This document shows, piece by piece, positions 35,754 to 51,603 of a stretch of DNA of 64,000 nucleotides; position 1 is the stretch's first letter; each line of letters begins with the position of its first letter. The DNA is from Dendrobates tinctorius (lineage: Eukaryota). Made by a program: the position numbers and the translations under genes. The notes beneath the pieces are model-generated. The model made no database searches and was not told where the DNA came from. It saw only the letters and a list, made by a program, of their open reading frames with translations. The stretch covers positions 97,712,001 through 97,776,000 of the forward strand of contig NW_027361690.1 of assembly GCF_039654945.1 (NCBI RefSeq). Direction: 5' to 3'.

Positions 35754-38467
35754 GTATGAAACTTTACATGTAATGTATGATTCTACCTTGTGACCAGGTC
35801 ATAGTTAAGCACATGGTCCTATCCCCCACATACTATGTTGTTGGAATTCCTGTATTTTGGTGAGGGGACTGCACTCCCCTGGGTTTCCTCCTGCTTCATG
35901 TAAAGGTGCACATAGACTGGTGCAGGTGGCTGAATCGAAAGAGAAGAGCACTGCAAGAGAACAGAAAGGATGGTATCTAGACCCATGAATTAAAGCGCAC
36001 CTATCGTTATATTAATATTAGGCAGCAGTAGATGTGTGTTTGAGTAGTGCAGTCAGAAATGATGTATATAATCTGCATATTTCCATCTGTCTGCTGGTTC
36101 TTGTAAATGCATATTTTCTGTCTACATTGCACCTGTACAAGCTCTTCCCAGTGCAATGTTACAGCCATGGTGTTTTCTCTGAGCCAAAGCTTGCAGTTCC
36201 CCACACACAGTGGAAGAGGTTCTGCAGCTGCGTCCCCTTCTCCCAGTCTTCTATTTACTCTATTACTTTAGATGGGATTTTTTGGTGACTGAGGAGGTTT
36301 CTGAACATTTGCAGAGAGCCTGAAGGCAGGGAAAGACAAACTGCAGACTGCTGGAAGGTGAGAAAGATGTCACTTTCCTCATTATAAGTTTTTTTTTCTT
36401 TTTTTTTTGTTTCTAAATAACTTATTTACACAACAAAATAAAGCGATGGGTGCGCTTTAAGTCTGACAACGGAACAGTATGGTGAGATTACTTCATATCT
36501 AAATAGAAGCTAACTTTGTATGTGGATAGAGAACACAGCATGAAGTAACTTCATCCATACAAATGCAAAAGAGCCTGTAGAGTTAATCAGCTGTATTTTA
36601 ATTTCAGCTGAATATTGTTAAGAGGTAGAATTTTGCGTTCATATAGTGTCTACAGAAATATATATGTGTGTGTGTTTGTATAATTGTGCTTTTATAGATA
36701 GATGGATAGATATGTATGGGACTCTTTAAAACAGATTTATTTGTCTTTTTTGTAGGAAGTTTATACATCCTGAAGATTGGTGGGTTTCTGAGACCCCCAT
36801 CTATTGCTTAAAACACTTGGAGTAGTAAACACTTCAAAATAATAAATGATGGCTTAATTTATGACACTTCCCAAATATGTACCAATCCAAAACAGTACAA
36901 GAAAGCGTAAGCCAAAGTTAAATACAAAAATCTTCACAAATAATTCTAAAATAGATAAGTTAAAAATAGAGACACAATTACAAAAAAACTGCCTACCAGA
37001 GACATATACCGGTTCCTAGTAAGCCACAAAAAAATGTGTGTGTGTGTATGTATATATATAATATTTATTTGGTAGCGCTATCATTCAAGGTTGGGGACAC
37101 TCTCTTGGCAGCCAAATCAGATCCGGCACTGGTTTTTCATAAAACAATATCAGTTTATGCGGTTTATTCAGGCATCATAAACCCACAGCAATAGAAAGTT
37201 CATATAAACAGCATAGCATCCATGACAGAGCTTCACTCTGTTTATCCTATAGTCATACAGGTTGTGCAATGTCCAGCACACAGGCACTCAAGCCTCACAG
37301 TTATAGCCCCTGTCAGGGTTACCTCATGGCTGCTTCTCCATGCTGAAGTTCATTTCCTCTCCCTGGGAACCCTCAGGCACTTGCAGCCATTATACACCAT
37401 GTCCACACGTGCTACACGAGACCTTCCATATGGACCAATCGGGTCCCTGCATTCACTCATGTGACCTACCCTGGCCACCTTATATGGTGCGTAGCCACGC
37501 CCACCGGGTCACATGGCTATGACCTCATCACAGGTAGGTCCTACAAGCATTCATACATTCTTTACTATGGCGTTCTAGACACACCCCTGGGTGGATTTGT
37601 AGGTAGCTGGTCCTGCTTGTCTCACCAGCTACCTGGAACGCTCTCCCTGACAGCTGTGCTGGGGCAGGGGCAGCTGTGCTGGGGCAGGTGGGCTCTGCGG
37701 GGTGAGGGTGGCCGCGGGCTGTGCTCCGGTGCGGGGGCGGCGGATCCGACGGCATTTCCTCGCAGCCCGGAGGCCCCCGCACACCCCTTGCTGGCCGCCG
37801 CCATGTTGCGGTGGCCTCCGGGAACATGGACGCCGGAAAGACGGCCGCCGGTCCGGGGACGGCGCATGCGCGGGATCAGATCTCGTCCCGAGATCTCGGG
37901 GGGACGAGATTCAAATCTCGGCAACAAGATCTCGTCCCCCGAGATCTCGGGACGAGATCTGAACCCGCGCATGCGCTGTCCCCGGACCGGCGGCCATCTT
38001 TCCGGCGGCAGATCGCCTCTATGTAGCTGAATTACTGACTTGCTATGAGTGCCAACCACTGGGTGGCGCTTATAGCAATTCGTTACTGACAACCATACGC
38101 AAGTTACCGGTGAGCGTATTTGCGGCCTGATGGCCAGAAGCGCTTGTTAAATGCCGCTGTCAGCGTTTTACAGTGGCATTTAACTAGTTAATAGCTGTGG
38201 GTAGATCGCGATTCCACCCGCGGCTATTGCAGGCACATGTCAGCTGTTCAAAACAGCTGACATGTCCCGGGAAAGATGTGGGCTCACCGCCGGAGTCCAC
38301 ATCAAAGCGGGCGATACCAACATCAGCGTAATAGTACGTCCAATGTCGGTAAGGGGTTAATAGTGTGCAAAGCTTTTCCAGCCAGCAAACTTATGGCTTC
38401 TTATGATAGAGTAAAAAAGAAAAGCAGCACCGAAAAAATAAAGAAATGGACTTTATTGCCCCATTGC

Positions 38468-38470
<3 letters not shown>

Positions 38471-38551
<81 letters not shown>
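38471..38551. repeat. (TA)n microsatellite; others at 31551-31600 and 38865-38896
   Basis: Uninterrupted dinucleotide runs. Confidence 0.95.
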
Positions 38552-38553
<2 letters not shown>

Positions 38554-38590
38554 ACGGCAAAGCAAGGTCCAGCAATAACGTGAGCATTCT

Positions 38591-38633
38591 GGACTGTGAA
38601 GAAGGCGGGTTTTACCACTGAAACGCTTAGTCC
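38591..38633 (+). ncRNA. Degenerate hammerhead motif
   Basis: GGAC(U)/(A)GUCC stem I, GUGAAGA-A core, imperfect stem II, GAAACGCUUA. Confidence 0.5.
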
Positions 38634-38861
38634 TATCTGCACTACTTTCCTGCGTTATTGCTGTTTTGAACTGCTTGGACCATTGTATTTTAATGGATTT
38701 ATGAATAAAAAGAAAGAAAAAATTTTTAACAGCATCCTGGATTGCTCACGTTATTGCTGGACCTTGCTTTGCCGTTGTTCACATTTGTAACGGAGTTAAC
38801 CAGGTTAGCTGAGGTTCCAGGTGGCTCACAGGAGTGAGCTGGTCTACATTGTTGGAGATAT

Positions 38862-38901
<40 letters not shown>

Positions 38902-39556
38902 TTTTTTTTTTTTTTTTTTTTTCCCTCATACTGGATTATGACATCCTATATTGGAATAGGCTTTTGAGTGCTCCTTTTTGATTTGTTTGTGGCTTCCTAG
39001 GAACCGGTATATGTCTCTGGTGGGCAGTTTGCAGTTTCTTTGTAATTGTGTCTCCATTTTTATCTGATCTATTTTAGAATTATTTGTGAATAAATATTTT
39101 TGTATTTTACTTTGGCTTGCGCTCCCTTGTTCTGTTTTGGATTAGCAAACACTTCAGTTTGTGCATGAGCTTGTGCACACAGCAGTCCATGAGAACATTC
39201 ACTGCTGTGTGCATGCACTCCTATAGGAGCTGAGCACTTCACCAGTGTTTTGAGAGATTGGTGCGCTCTTAGGACCTCACACCCCAGTGGTCTTCAGAAT
39301 GTTTAAAGGGGATACAGGAGCTATTTTTTTTTCTTTTACTATAGGTCTAAGAACTTACAGGTAGTTTGTGATTACCTGCCTGTTGTGCGTGTCACTGATT
39401 TTTGCCAGCACAGAGTGATTACAGACTGCTCTAGCCGGCGATTCAGCAGCTTCCGCAGACGTTGCATCAACAGGGCGCAGCAGCTTCTTCTCTGCTCTGT
39501 TAATGGGGCATGACTGCCTATGTCATGCTGATTGATAGCTGGCTGCCCACTACCTA

Positions 39557-39963
39557 AAGCCCCCGTTACACACTGCGATATCGCTAGCAATATCGCTGTA
39601 AAGTCACCGATTTTGTGACGTTACAGCGATATTGCTAGCGATATCGCTGCATGTGATACTTACCTCCGACCGGCTCCCCCGCTGGTTATCGCTGATCGCG
39701 CGAGAAGCTCCTGGATCATTTCTCGTCGTCCACTTCCTGCGGCGCTTCCTGCTGTGACGACGAGCGACGCGTGGAGCCGGGCGGGAGGACGCAGGATCGC
39801 CTCGTCTGACAGGTAAGTAGCGATCCCCGTCCCCAGAGTTGTCGCTGGTGAGATCTGCCTGAGTGGCAGCTCACTAGCGACCACCCAGCGATTCACCAGC
39901 GATCCTGACCGCGTCATATCGCTGGTCGGGATCGCTGGTGAGTCGCTAGGTGTAACGGTACCC
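39557..39963. mobile_element. Harbinger-like palindromic MITE (same family as 17877-18270)
   Basis: AGCCCCCGTTACAC...GTGTAACGGTACCC|TAA; the interior is the reverse complement of the 17.9-kb copy. Confidence 0.75.
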
Positions 39964-40991
39964 TAACTGTGGGGACTGGCTGGTAATCTGCATGATGTTG
40001 AGAGAGCAGACTAGAAGAGGAATGGCTGCTCTATTGACATTGTGAAGGTGAATCGCCAGCAGGAGCACTCAGTGACTTCTTTGTTAGTGCAGGGTACAGC
40101 AGGCAGATATTTAGCAACTACCTGTCTGTTAGGATATGTGCACACGTAGTTTTATGTCCTGTGGATGGATTTTTCCGCGCGGATTAGCCTGCGGTTTCAC
40201 ACCTCTACAGTGGAGAAGGTGTGAAACCACTGTGGATTCTGCACAAAGAATTAACATGCTGCGGATTTGAACCCGCAGCAAATCCGCAGCATGTGCACAG
40301 CGTTTTTCAGTTGAAAACAATGGTACTGTACAGCGCAGCTAAATCTGCTGCGGTTCCGCAGAGCCAAAAACACTGCGGATCCGCAGCAGAATCCGCAAAG
40401 TGTGCACATGGCCTTAGTTTTTAGGTTGACAGGTCAGAGCAGCATGTGTGATCTTTCATGCTTCAGACGTAGGCAGCCTTTCCTCTGCACCATCAAGAGG
40501 AGCAAAATGACACTGAAGCTGACTTGATCCAGCACTCCTTTGCCTAGGAGACCGGCTGTCTCTGATAGACCACGGTGGTATTGTAATCACAGCAACAAGC
40601 AGTAAATCATGGCGTTTAAAAACGTCTCCATTCTTGAAACATGACAACCCCTGTAAGGACCTTGTGTTGATACTTTGTCTGTGAGGGCTCTACTGCTCCC
40701 CTTTGTGATTGCTGTGACGGATAGATGGGAAGATGTGGAGCATGTTCTGTGATTCATTAGTTACCTGTAATAGGATATAGCCACAGATTTGCCTCTGCTA
40801 TACTGATAGAGCAGCACAGGAGACCAGACAGATCAGTGCACGCTGGGCAGGCTGAATGTGGTGCCTCAGCCAGTGATGGCTTTATAGTACAGATCATGTG
40901 GTACATGGTATCTCTGATTTCTGTATCTGTAGGTGGCCAGTTGGGCATGTGGTTTTTTGAGTGCTTTATTCTTTGTGCTTTTCTTTGCCAG

Positions 40992-41074
40992 CTCTCTTCC
41001 ACAACCAGAGACGGCCTCCTCTTTGCAAGATGAAAACTCAGATGACAGAACTGCAGAACTGACAGAGGCACAAG
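40992..41074 (+). CDS. ZFAND6: ZFAND6 coding exon 3 (linker)
   Basis: Polypyrimidine tract plus ccag, frame SSLPQPETASSLQDENSDDRTAELTEAQ, donor G|GTCAGT; phase 2 to 1 keeps the reading frame. Confidence 0.82.
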
Positions 41075-44000
41075 GTCAGTCCTGTATTCATTTACACGTG
41101 TGTGCTGGGGTTCTTGTATATGTCAGTACATGATGTTCAACAACAATTTGTTTCAACTCTTAATCCTCTTTTGCCTGAAAGGGAATCTGTCACCAGGTTT
41201 TTACCACCTAATCAGAGGGCAGCATAATGTAAGGAACAATACTCTGATTCCAGTGATGTATCACTTACTGGGCTGCTTGCTATCATTTTAATAAAATTAC
41301 TGTTTTATCAGCATGAGATTATCACTAGAAGATTAGTAAACTTGCTGCCATGTAGTCCTCCATATTCATGAGCTCTGTATACCCCCACCCCCATCACTGG
41401 TTGGCAGCTCTATGCCTATGCAGTGTACACAAACACTGCCAATTAGTGGTGTGGGTGGGGTTATACAGAGCTCAGCATTCAGAGAACTGTTAAAATCACT
41501 TTGATCTGCTGTTGATTTATCAAAATGACAGCAATCATCCCCGTTAGTGACACATCGCTGACCATAGGGCCTCTGCCCCTACATTAGGCTCTCTTTAATG
41601 TCCACACACTTATTTTTTTTCTCTTGTTTTTTTTTTTAATTGTTGCATTCCATCAGCCATAAGTTTTTAATTTCTATTAAAGGGAATATGTCAGCCTTTT
41701 GAGGTTTTGGCGTTAATATGGACGTACAGAGTGTATACAGGTGAAATTAGTCATACCTGCATGCCTACTGGATGTGGCCTAGTTAAGCAAAAATCATGTT
41801 TTATACCTTTTTGCTCTTCACACTACAGGGTGTGCACTGCCGTTTCATGTCATAGGCGTGGCTGGATATCCCATGCCATCCCATCCCATGCACTGTCTGC
41901 TGTCGCTCCTCTGCACTGTGGGAAGTTCACCTACTGTGCTCCAGAGATCACTGGGATCGGAACTTACAGCGACTCTCCAGCGCCTGCGAACATCAAAATT
42001 GAAGATGGTGCCTACAGAAGGGCTTAACAGAACAGAGGAGCGACAGCAGGCAGAATGCGCAGAGGCAGGTTTTCCGGCCATGCACATGACATGAAGAGGT
42101 GGGGAAAATCTGTGTTATCAAGACCTGAGGTAGGTCTATGTTCCTGGCAGAGCACACCCCATAGCCTGGAAAATTGACGGGCAAAGGGTATGTGCACACG
42201 TTGCAGAATTTTCCGCACAGAATCTGCATCTCTTGGCAGAAAACGCAGGCCAAAATGCTTGCGGATTTCATGCGGAATTGATGCGGATTTATTGCTGATT
42301 GTCATGCGTTTTTTGTTTGATTTACCTTACTCAATGTATAGTCAATGGGTGCAGAAACGCTGCGTTTCCGCACAAAGAATTGACATGCTGCGGAAAAAAA
42401 CCCACAGCGAATCTGCCCTGATTTTTCTGCAGCATAGGCACACCAATTCTCAAATTCCCATTGACTATCATTGGTACTGAACTACACTGCGGATTTGATG
42501 CAATTGCGCGTGTCGAAAAACGCTGCGGGAACGCATCAAAATCTGCAATGTGTTCACACAGCCTTAAGGATGATTCCTAGTTAAGAAGGCCACATCCAGG
42601 AGGCCTACAGGTATGACTAATGTAACCTGCATGCCCATATTATTTACTCCAAAACCTCAAAATGGTGACAGATTCCCTTTAAATACTTTGTTTAAAGAAA
42701 AATAATTTAACTTTTGACTTATGTGATACAAAAAGAAATTATTTTTGACAGCGGCGCCACATGAGGGCTTGTTCTTTGTGTGACAAGACTAGTTTTCATT
42801 GGCCCCATTTTTACGGAAATCTGTATCGACAGCTGCATGATTGGAACTAGGTATGTTCTACTCTGAAATGCATCTGCATTATTACCCTGTGAACCTTGGT
42901 GAGCCGCATACAATTGGCACAAGCCTTATGCTGGATGGCACATTTAAAACAAAAGAACTCAAGATTGAATACTCGGAGGAGCCGCGAGAGTAAAATAGAA
43001 GCCAAACACTGGCTACTTTAAACACCATCCACCATTCAATATGATCGACTTGCTATTTTGTTCTTTAGGTTGATAAGATAATGACAACACTAAACTAAAA
43101 TCCCCTTTGGGCCATAATTTGAGATCCACAACTTTATATTTTCCCATAGAGACTATCGTGTGAAGTCTTATTTTTGATTGGACATGCTGTTGATTTCACT
43201 GGTAACATTTTTAATGAAAGATTAAAATAAAAGATAAAAACGATGAGTGAAAGAAATATCACATTTTTCCATATTTTATTTTTATTTTTGTGGAAATAAA
43301 ATTGAACCGAAACCGTAATCCTGTCATTGTGCGGCATTCAGCATTTGGGATAAATAACAAATTTCTATACACAGATATGTGTGTATACATAGTAATAGAG
43401 GAAAAAAATGATGGAAATGTGTACAACGTATTTGTTTGCACCATTTTTTTGAGGCAATTAGCTTAATTTTTGGGAGGTTTACAGAGTTTGTGTAGCTACT
43501 TTTCGTTTTTTTTTCTTTTTTAATGGGTCCTATTTGGAATATTTAAGACTTTCTGATTGAACAAAAATGGCAATGCTGGCATACAATTTTTTTGCAATAT
43601 TCATTGTGCAGGATAAATTATTATAATTTTTTTTTCCCTAGTTACAGAGGTAGTGATGCCAGATATGTCCGCTTTTGGGCATTTCTTTATTAAATTACTT
43701 TGTTTTGTGTATATGTGTGTATATTTGTATATGTGTGTACTTGTGTATATGTGTAGCTTTTTTTTTTTTTTTTCTGGCCCAAAATAATATCCTGCCACGT
43801 TTTGGTATGTATATTAAAAAGGATGATGCAAATTGTTATATAATGCAGTATTGATCCCACAAGGGAACTTGAACATGCGATCCTTTAGTTGCGTGGATAA
43901 CGCACGACCCTACTTAGGTAGTGTGGTGCATTATTTCAGCCTATCAGTGTTCGGCTAGATTCACATGACCGTTTTTATGCTCTGAGAAAAGGTACAGCAC

Positions 44001-44331
44001 TAGGAGCAATCTGCATGTGGAAAAAAATTGCAGCATGCATTAGCTTCTTCCCTTTTATCAGGTCAGACTTGCCCATTTTACATTTTTGGGTGTGCAGGAA
44101 AAAACTGATACGGCATTCGATTCTTACTGATGCATTGCAGTTATGTGACATAGGAAACTAAATGATTACCTGCTGCTCTAAAAAATGGATTGTACACAGA
44201 TGATGAGTGTGAGTGAGTTTCTTTATCCACTCTTGTGAACCTGGCCTCATACTGGCAGGCAGCCTATTAGATTCTGTAAAGAAAGTGCTTTGACGAGAAG
44301 CGAACATTGCCACAAATCTCTGTCTTGGCCA

Positions 44332-45808
<1,477 letters not shown>

Positions 45809-46390
45809 TTTTTCTCTTGTTCCAGATAAACCTGCAATGTCTGACTGATAGTGCACATACAGTATTTTAATTCTGATATGTATATGATGTATTAAGTGGT
45901 GATGTGTAATCGAAACACAGGAGCAGTGGGCGCCTCCAACCATAGGAGAGAGGGCAGAGGTCTTATGGCACTTAGATAAATGACCTCGAGCATAGTGAAA
46001 AGTGTCCCTTGTGGATACGAGGTGTCAGTCCTTGTCGGGGGAGAAATGGCTTTCAGAAGTGTGAACTCTATGAAAACTGGGGTGTAGTATTTGCTAGAAA
46101 ACGGGGCGACTTACTTAAAACTAGCTATGGAAGGTGTTGCTATTGGATATTCCAGATTGCAGACTCTCAGAGAAGGGTTTCAGTTATTCCAGCATAGAAA
46201 AGGGGGGAGTTCAGCGCAGTGTGTGGCAAGAAGGCTCAAGAAAGGGGAAGAGAAAACATAATGAAACAGAACAGACGTTAGACAGTGATGATGGTAAGTG
46301 ATCATTTGCTTTGGTGGGATTTTATCCTTGTACAGGGCATAGATATGATGGGGAGACTTTTTGCGTAATTACAATTTGTATTTTCTGTAG

Positions 46391-46507
46391 CTGCGGCTTC
46401 AGATAGCGGACAGAACTCTTCTGAAGAACAAGAAAGATCTCCGCAAAAGGCCAAAGTCAAGAAGACAAACCGTTGCCACATGTGCCGCAAAAAAGTTGGA
46501 CTTACAG
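46391..46507 (+). CDS. ZFAND6: ZFAND6 coding exon 4 (start of AN1 zinc finger)
   Basis: AAASDSGQNSSEEQERSPQKAKVKKTNRCHMCRKKVGLTG; acceptor ctgtag, donor G|GTCTGT. Confidence 0.94.
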
Positions 46508-49261
46508 GTCTGTATGTGAATTCCATAATGTTCTGTATCGAAATGGTATAGCTGTGCTTTATGCTGAAAGCTGATGTATCGTCAGAGGCGTAACTGTTCA
46601 CACTGTATTATCAGTTGCTGCGGAAATCCTGAAGACTTCGCACAGATTACATCGTTATTTAGTTAGATCAATATAAATGGACAGGGTACAGCTACCCAAT
46701 CCTATAAAAAGCTGTAATATTTGCATACCTGGCCTATTAAATATTACCCCCACTCCTAGCACTATTGGAAGCACCAAACCTCCTCAGATTTTTTTTCTTC
46801 TGTTTCCCCCTGCTAATGTTGATTCATAGTAATTGGATGATTTTTTTGGGCAGTTTTTCTTTTCCTGAAACTTTTTCTTCAGATGTTTAATAATAATAAT
46901 ATTCCGCAGCACTTTACAATTAAGCGGGGACATGTACAGACAATAAATTCAGTGCAAGTTAAGACCATTTAAACAGTGACATTAGGAGTGAGGTCTGTGC
47001 TCACAAGCTTACAATCTGTTTTGGAAGGTTTTTTTTTTTTTGCAGCCTTTTGATTTGCCAGTCTTTTAGTTTGGTGCAGATTCACTTAATTGACACACAT
47101 TTTTCCACCAGGTGTTTTTTAAAAAACCTTTTCAGAGAAAAAAAAACCCTTATAACAACTCCTCATGTGAATAGCAAAATGGATTTAACACAGTAATGGA
47201 TTGTAAGGCTTTTCCAAGTGTTTTGCAGCAGATTGGCTTCAACCCCCCCCCATGTGAACATGGTCTAATATTCCCATTATGGTGGTTGTGTAGAAATTGC
47301 TTATAGAGAAGGTTAATGTCCTTTAATAAACCTGAAGGAAAATAGTTCTTGGGAGAGCCATAGGGTATACTATGATGGGTAGGGTGGTATCTGGGCTCCC
47401 TGCACTCACTATCGCGTTTTATGCTACAACTTCCAACAGCAAGCAGCAATTTAAGGGTGGAAGAGAACTTTCTGCCTTTTCCTTTCATGGCCATAATATT
47501 GGGTTCACACCTGGTGTTTTTTTTGCGTTTCCACGGCGGTTTTAACCGCGCGATTTTGCAGCGAAAATGCAAAAAATAAGCATCCCGTGCATTCCTATGG
47601 GATTCTGCAATGCTGTGCTAATGCTGCGGTTTTTACCGCGGTGGAATCGCTTCGCGGTAAAAAACGCAGCATGCTCATTATTTTTGCGGAATCGCGGCGA
47701 TCCCGCACCCATAGGAATGCATTGTTCTGCTTAGTTTCCGCATGTGGCTGTGCACACCATGCGAAAAGTAAGCAGAACATTTGCGGATGGTACCCACGGT
47801 CCGGAGGAGAGGAGACTGTCCTCTGGGCTTTGGGTACCATATCCCTGTAAAAAATAGAATTTAAAATAAAAAGTATTGTTGTTCTCACCTTTTGACGTCC
47901 CGCCTCTCTCCGCACTCCCGGTCCCAGTAAGCCTTTGCGAGCGATGACTTCTGTTCTCGTGGGATCGCCAAGTCTCGCGTTCATTCGCGTCATCGCGAAT
48001 GACCCTGAGACGTCGAGATCCCGCTAGAACGGACGTCATCGCGGTAATTGTCGCAAAGGATTACTGGGACCGGGAGCGTGGAGAGAGGCGGGAAGGCTGC
48101 GCGGGACATCGGAAGGTGAGAATAACAATATATTTTCTTGATTATTTTTTACATTCTATCTTTTACTATTGATGCTGCATAGGCGGCCTCAATAGTAAAA
48201 AGTTGGTCACACTCGTCAAACACTATGACAGGTTGGTCACACTCGTCAAACAATCAGTTCTCCAAGCGATGTTCCAGATCGCTTGGAAAACGCTAGCAAT
48301 TCTGCAAGCTAATTACCCTTGCAAAATGCTAGTTTTTCCGCGGGAAAATCGCGGGAATTTAAAATGCGATTTTCCTGCGGAATGGAATTCTGGAATTCTC
48401 GCGGTAATTTCCGCGAGAGTTCCGCTACGTGTGAACCCAGCCTTATGGTCTCACCGCTAGTTCATAGTGTGCACTCTACCGTAGCATCGGATGGGCACAG
48501 GTTGACTCATGCTGGTTGGATCCTGACAGCTTCCGAGCAGCTCTTGCAGGTCGTATAGCTGCGCTCCTTGCCTAGGATACCCGTTATAGCTGATAGACCG
48601 CAGAAGGGGCTGGTAACCTAGACAATGAACAGTAAACTATTAAATAAAATCCTCTCCATTCTCAAGAATATAATGAGATAAATTGCAAAGTTGCTTGGTT
48701 TTACAATTTTACTCATTTAATATGGTGAAAACAACTTTGTGAATGCATATAGGACAGACTTTGATAGTGCATTACGAGGACATACCTGACTCTTTGAAGG
48801 AGGCCTGTTATAGCCTAGTATATGTGTAGTATTGATGACACCTCAGTAGTGATGAGCGCAATTGCTGGTTACTCGAGGGTGTTGGTTATGCACTGAGTAT
48901 CGTGGGTGCTCTAGTAAGATGTTCATGTTTCACTGCTGTTAGGCACAGAACATGAGGGGATTACCTGTCAAATACGGGCAAACCCCTAGCAACTGCGAGG
49001 ACTCAGAACATGTCACTCGAGCACCGTCAATAGTCTGCATACCCGAGCACCCTTGACAAACTCGAGTAACCAGCACTTGCGCTCATCACTGCTCCTCAGT
49101 GAATAGTATATAGATACATCATGTATGGTGTACATGTTTTGTCTTGGTCCTTCATTGTTATTCACATAATGGTTGCCATACTGTTTTTTTTTTTTTTTTT
49201 TTTTTTTTTTTCTGGGAAGAAATAAATGTATATCTAAATTTTTGCAATTCTTGTTTTTCAG

Positions 49262-49410
49262 GCTTTGATTGCCGATGTGGAAATATATTCTGTGGGACAC
49301 ATCGTTACTCTGACGTGCACAGTTGCTCCTATGACTATAAAGCTGATGCAGCTGAAAAGATCAGGAAAGAAAACCCTGTTGTGGTCGGGGAGAAGATCCA
49401 GAAAATTTGA
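49262..49410 (+). CDS. ZFAND6: ZFAND6 coding exon 5 (AN1 zinc finger, terminal)
   Basis: [49 protein letters not shown]. The spliced CDS totals 612 nt (203 aa + stop). Confidence 0.96.
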
Positions 49411-50282
49411 GAGCGATCTTCAACCTGTGTTCTGGATGTCACCAGCATTGTGGTGTGGACTGTTGTGGGATATGACAACCCACTTATATCATCTTGACTC
49501 TACATCCAGGAATACAGTTCCTTCTGTATCATCATTACTACTTTTTTTTTCCCCCCTTTTCTTATTACAGCTTTTTCCTGAATCCTTACAATTGAAACAA
49601 GGATAAAACCACACACAAAAAAAACTTTAAAAACTGTCTCCAGGTTTTTCCATACTGTGCACAACTGTTAATGAGAGAGGATGTGATGGAGTGCAATGTA
49701 CTCTGTGGATGTGGCTTCTCGTTACATCTCCATGATCAGACTCCTGACTCTTTATCCTGTTGAATTTCTCCCAGAACTAAACGGATCGACATTTTATTGG
49801 GCGTGTTGAATCGTGTGCTTGAGCACTGACCCTTTTTTTGTTTTGTTTTGGTTTTTTTTTTCCAACGGAGGAGATTTTTGTTTTCTTCTGCAACAATTTG
49901 TGTGATTGAGTGGGTGGGTGATTTAAGAAAGAAAATCTTTAATTCTAGAAGAAAACGTGTATCCATTTTAGTGTTGGAAACATTTTTTTTCTCTTTCCTC
50001 CCCTCCAGTGGGTCCTGCATGTGATTGGTCAAAGCCCAGCCTTCAGAGGGGTTTCAGAAAATGGTATGTCTGTAGGAGGTGGCACTGGTGGTGGATGGAG
50101 AGGGGCTGGTGCCACCAGACCGAGCGATTATTTCAAAGGCCTTCCGTTTGCTTCTGGCCGTTAAACATTATAAATTTAAAATCTTTTTGTTTCATTTTTA
50201 TAGTAGATATAATCAAACGTGAGAGCGCCAGCCACATACCGGCCTCTCACCAAAGGTTTTATGTTTATGTCCGTTTGATTTA

Positions 50283-50288
50283 AATAAA
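50283..50288 (+). terminator. Candidate ZFAND6 polyadenylation signal
   Basis: AATAAA about 870 nt after the stop codon, followed by GT-rich sequence (TTGTGTCTCGTGTTGG). Confidence 0.6.
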
Positions 50289-51202
50289 ATATAAAAGCTT
50301 GTGTCTCGTGTTGGCGCACGCACCTACACCCTGCAATCCCCGCTGATTATGGGATAGTAGATTGAGCTTTGTTGTTTGTGGGGGGGGAGGCCTTCAGTTT
50401 TTAATTTTTAGTACATTTGATTATGTAAATGTATGTTTGACATATTTTCTACTTACAGTTGTGCTCAAAAGTTTACATAGCCTGGCAGAATTCTGTAAAT
50501 ATAAAATGATAGTCAGGTTGACCAACAAAAATGTCATCCATAACTGCCAGGAAAATTGTTCTGGATGCAAAGAAAAACTCACAACTAGCATCAGCTGAAA
50601 TACTGGACTCTCTGAAAATTAGCGGTGTGGCGGTTTCAAGATGCACAATAAGGAGGCACGTGAAGAAAAATGGGCTGCATGGGTGAGTCACCAGAAGAGA
50701 TCCATTAATGGGCAATTGCCAAAAGGTATCTCACCTACAATATGCAAAACAGCACAGAGACGAGCATCAGCACTTCTGGAACAAGGTAATTTGGAGTGAT
50801 GAGGCCAAAATTTAACTTTTTAGCCACAACCATAAACGTTACATTTGGAGAGAAGTCAACAAGGCCTTTGATGAAAGGAACATCAATCCTACTGTAAAGC
50901 ATGGAGGTGGATCACTGATGTATTGGGGATGTGTGAGCTACAAAGGCACAGGAAACTTGGTCAAAGTTGAGGGAAAGCTGAATGCAGCACGTTATCAGCA
51001 AAGACTGGAGGCAAATTTGCAATCATCAGCCCGGAAGCTGCACATGGAACGTACTTGGACGTTCCAACATGACAACGATTCAATCCACAAGGCCAAGTCG
51101 ACCTGTCATTGGCACTCAAACAAAAAAGGAAGCACTCTGTAGCGCCATAGCATGCACACATGAAAAATGAATTGCATTACTGCATTAGAAATATGAAAAA
51201 TT

Positions 51203-51277
51203 GAAAAAGCTTAGCACATAAAATGGCCAATTTATGTGTACCTGGAAGCCATGTTAAGGCGTTTATCGGTTTCCAGG
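51203..51277 (-). ncRNA. Putative HDV-like ribozyme (copy B1)
   Basis: P1 CCUGGAA/UUCCAGG, P2 GAUAAA/UUUUUC (one mismatch), P3 GCC/GGC, L3 UUAACAU, P1.1 UA/UA, P4 CACAUAAA..UUUAUGUG, J4/2 CUAA. Confidence 0.65.
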
Positions 51278-51603
51278 ACCTTAACCTAATGCCAATCCTC
51301 ACTTAGGTTCCCATACAGATGAAGACTTTAGTCTATGTAAAGCCTCTCCTTAGACAGAAGTCTATATCTTCGTCGAGGGGTGGTGGCCCTGCTGTGATTA
51401 AAAACGCCTGCGGCTAAAAGGGGGAGTGCTCAGTCAGAAGGTTAATGAATACAAATTTTAATAAACTTACTGTCACTTCTAAGTATGAACAGGTGCTTAA
51501 CCTAGAGTCACCAACTCATATACACTCAAACAAAAAAGCCATAACATGCAAACATGAAATATGAAAAATGAATTGCATTACTGCATTAGAAGTATGAAAA
51601 ATT

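Noticed and set aside
37461-38092. Overlapping 150-190-aa ORFs on both strands
   Set aside because: Result of GC-rich palindromic repeat sequence poor in stop codons.
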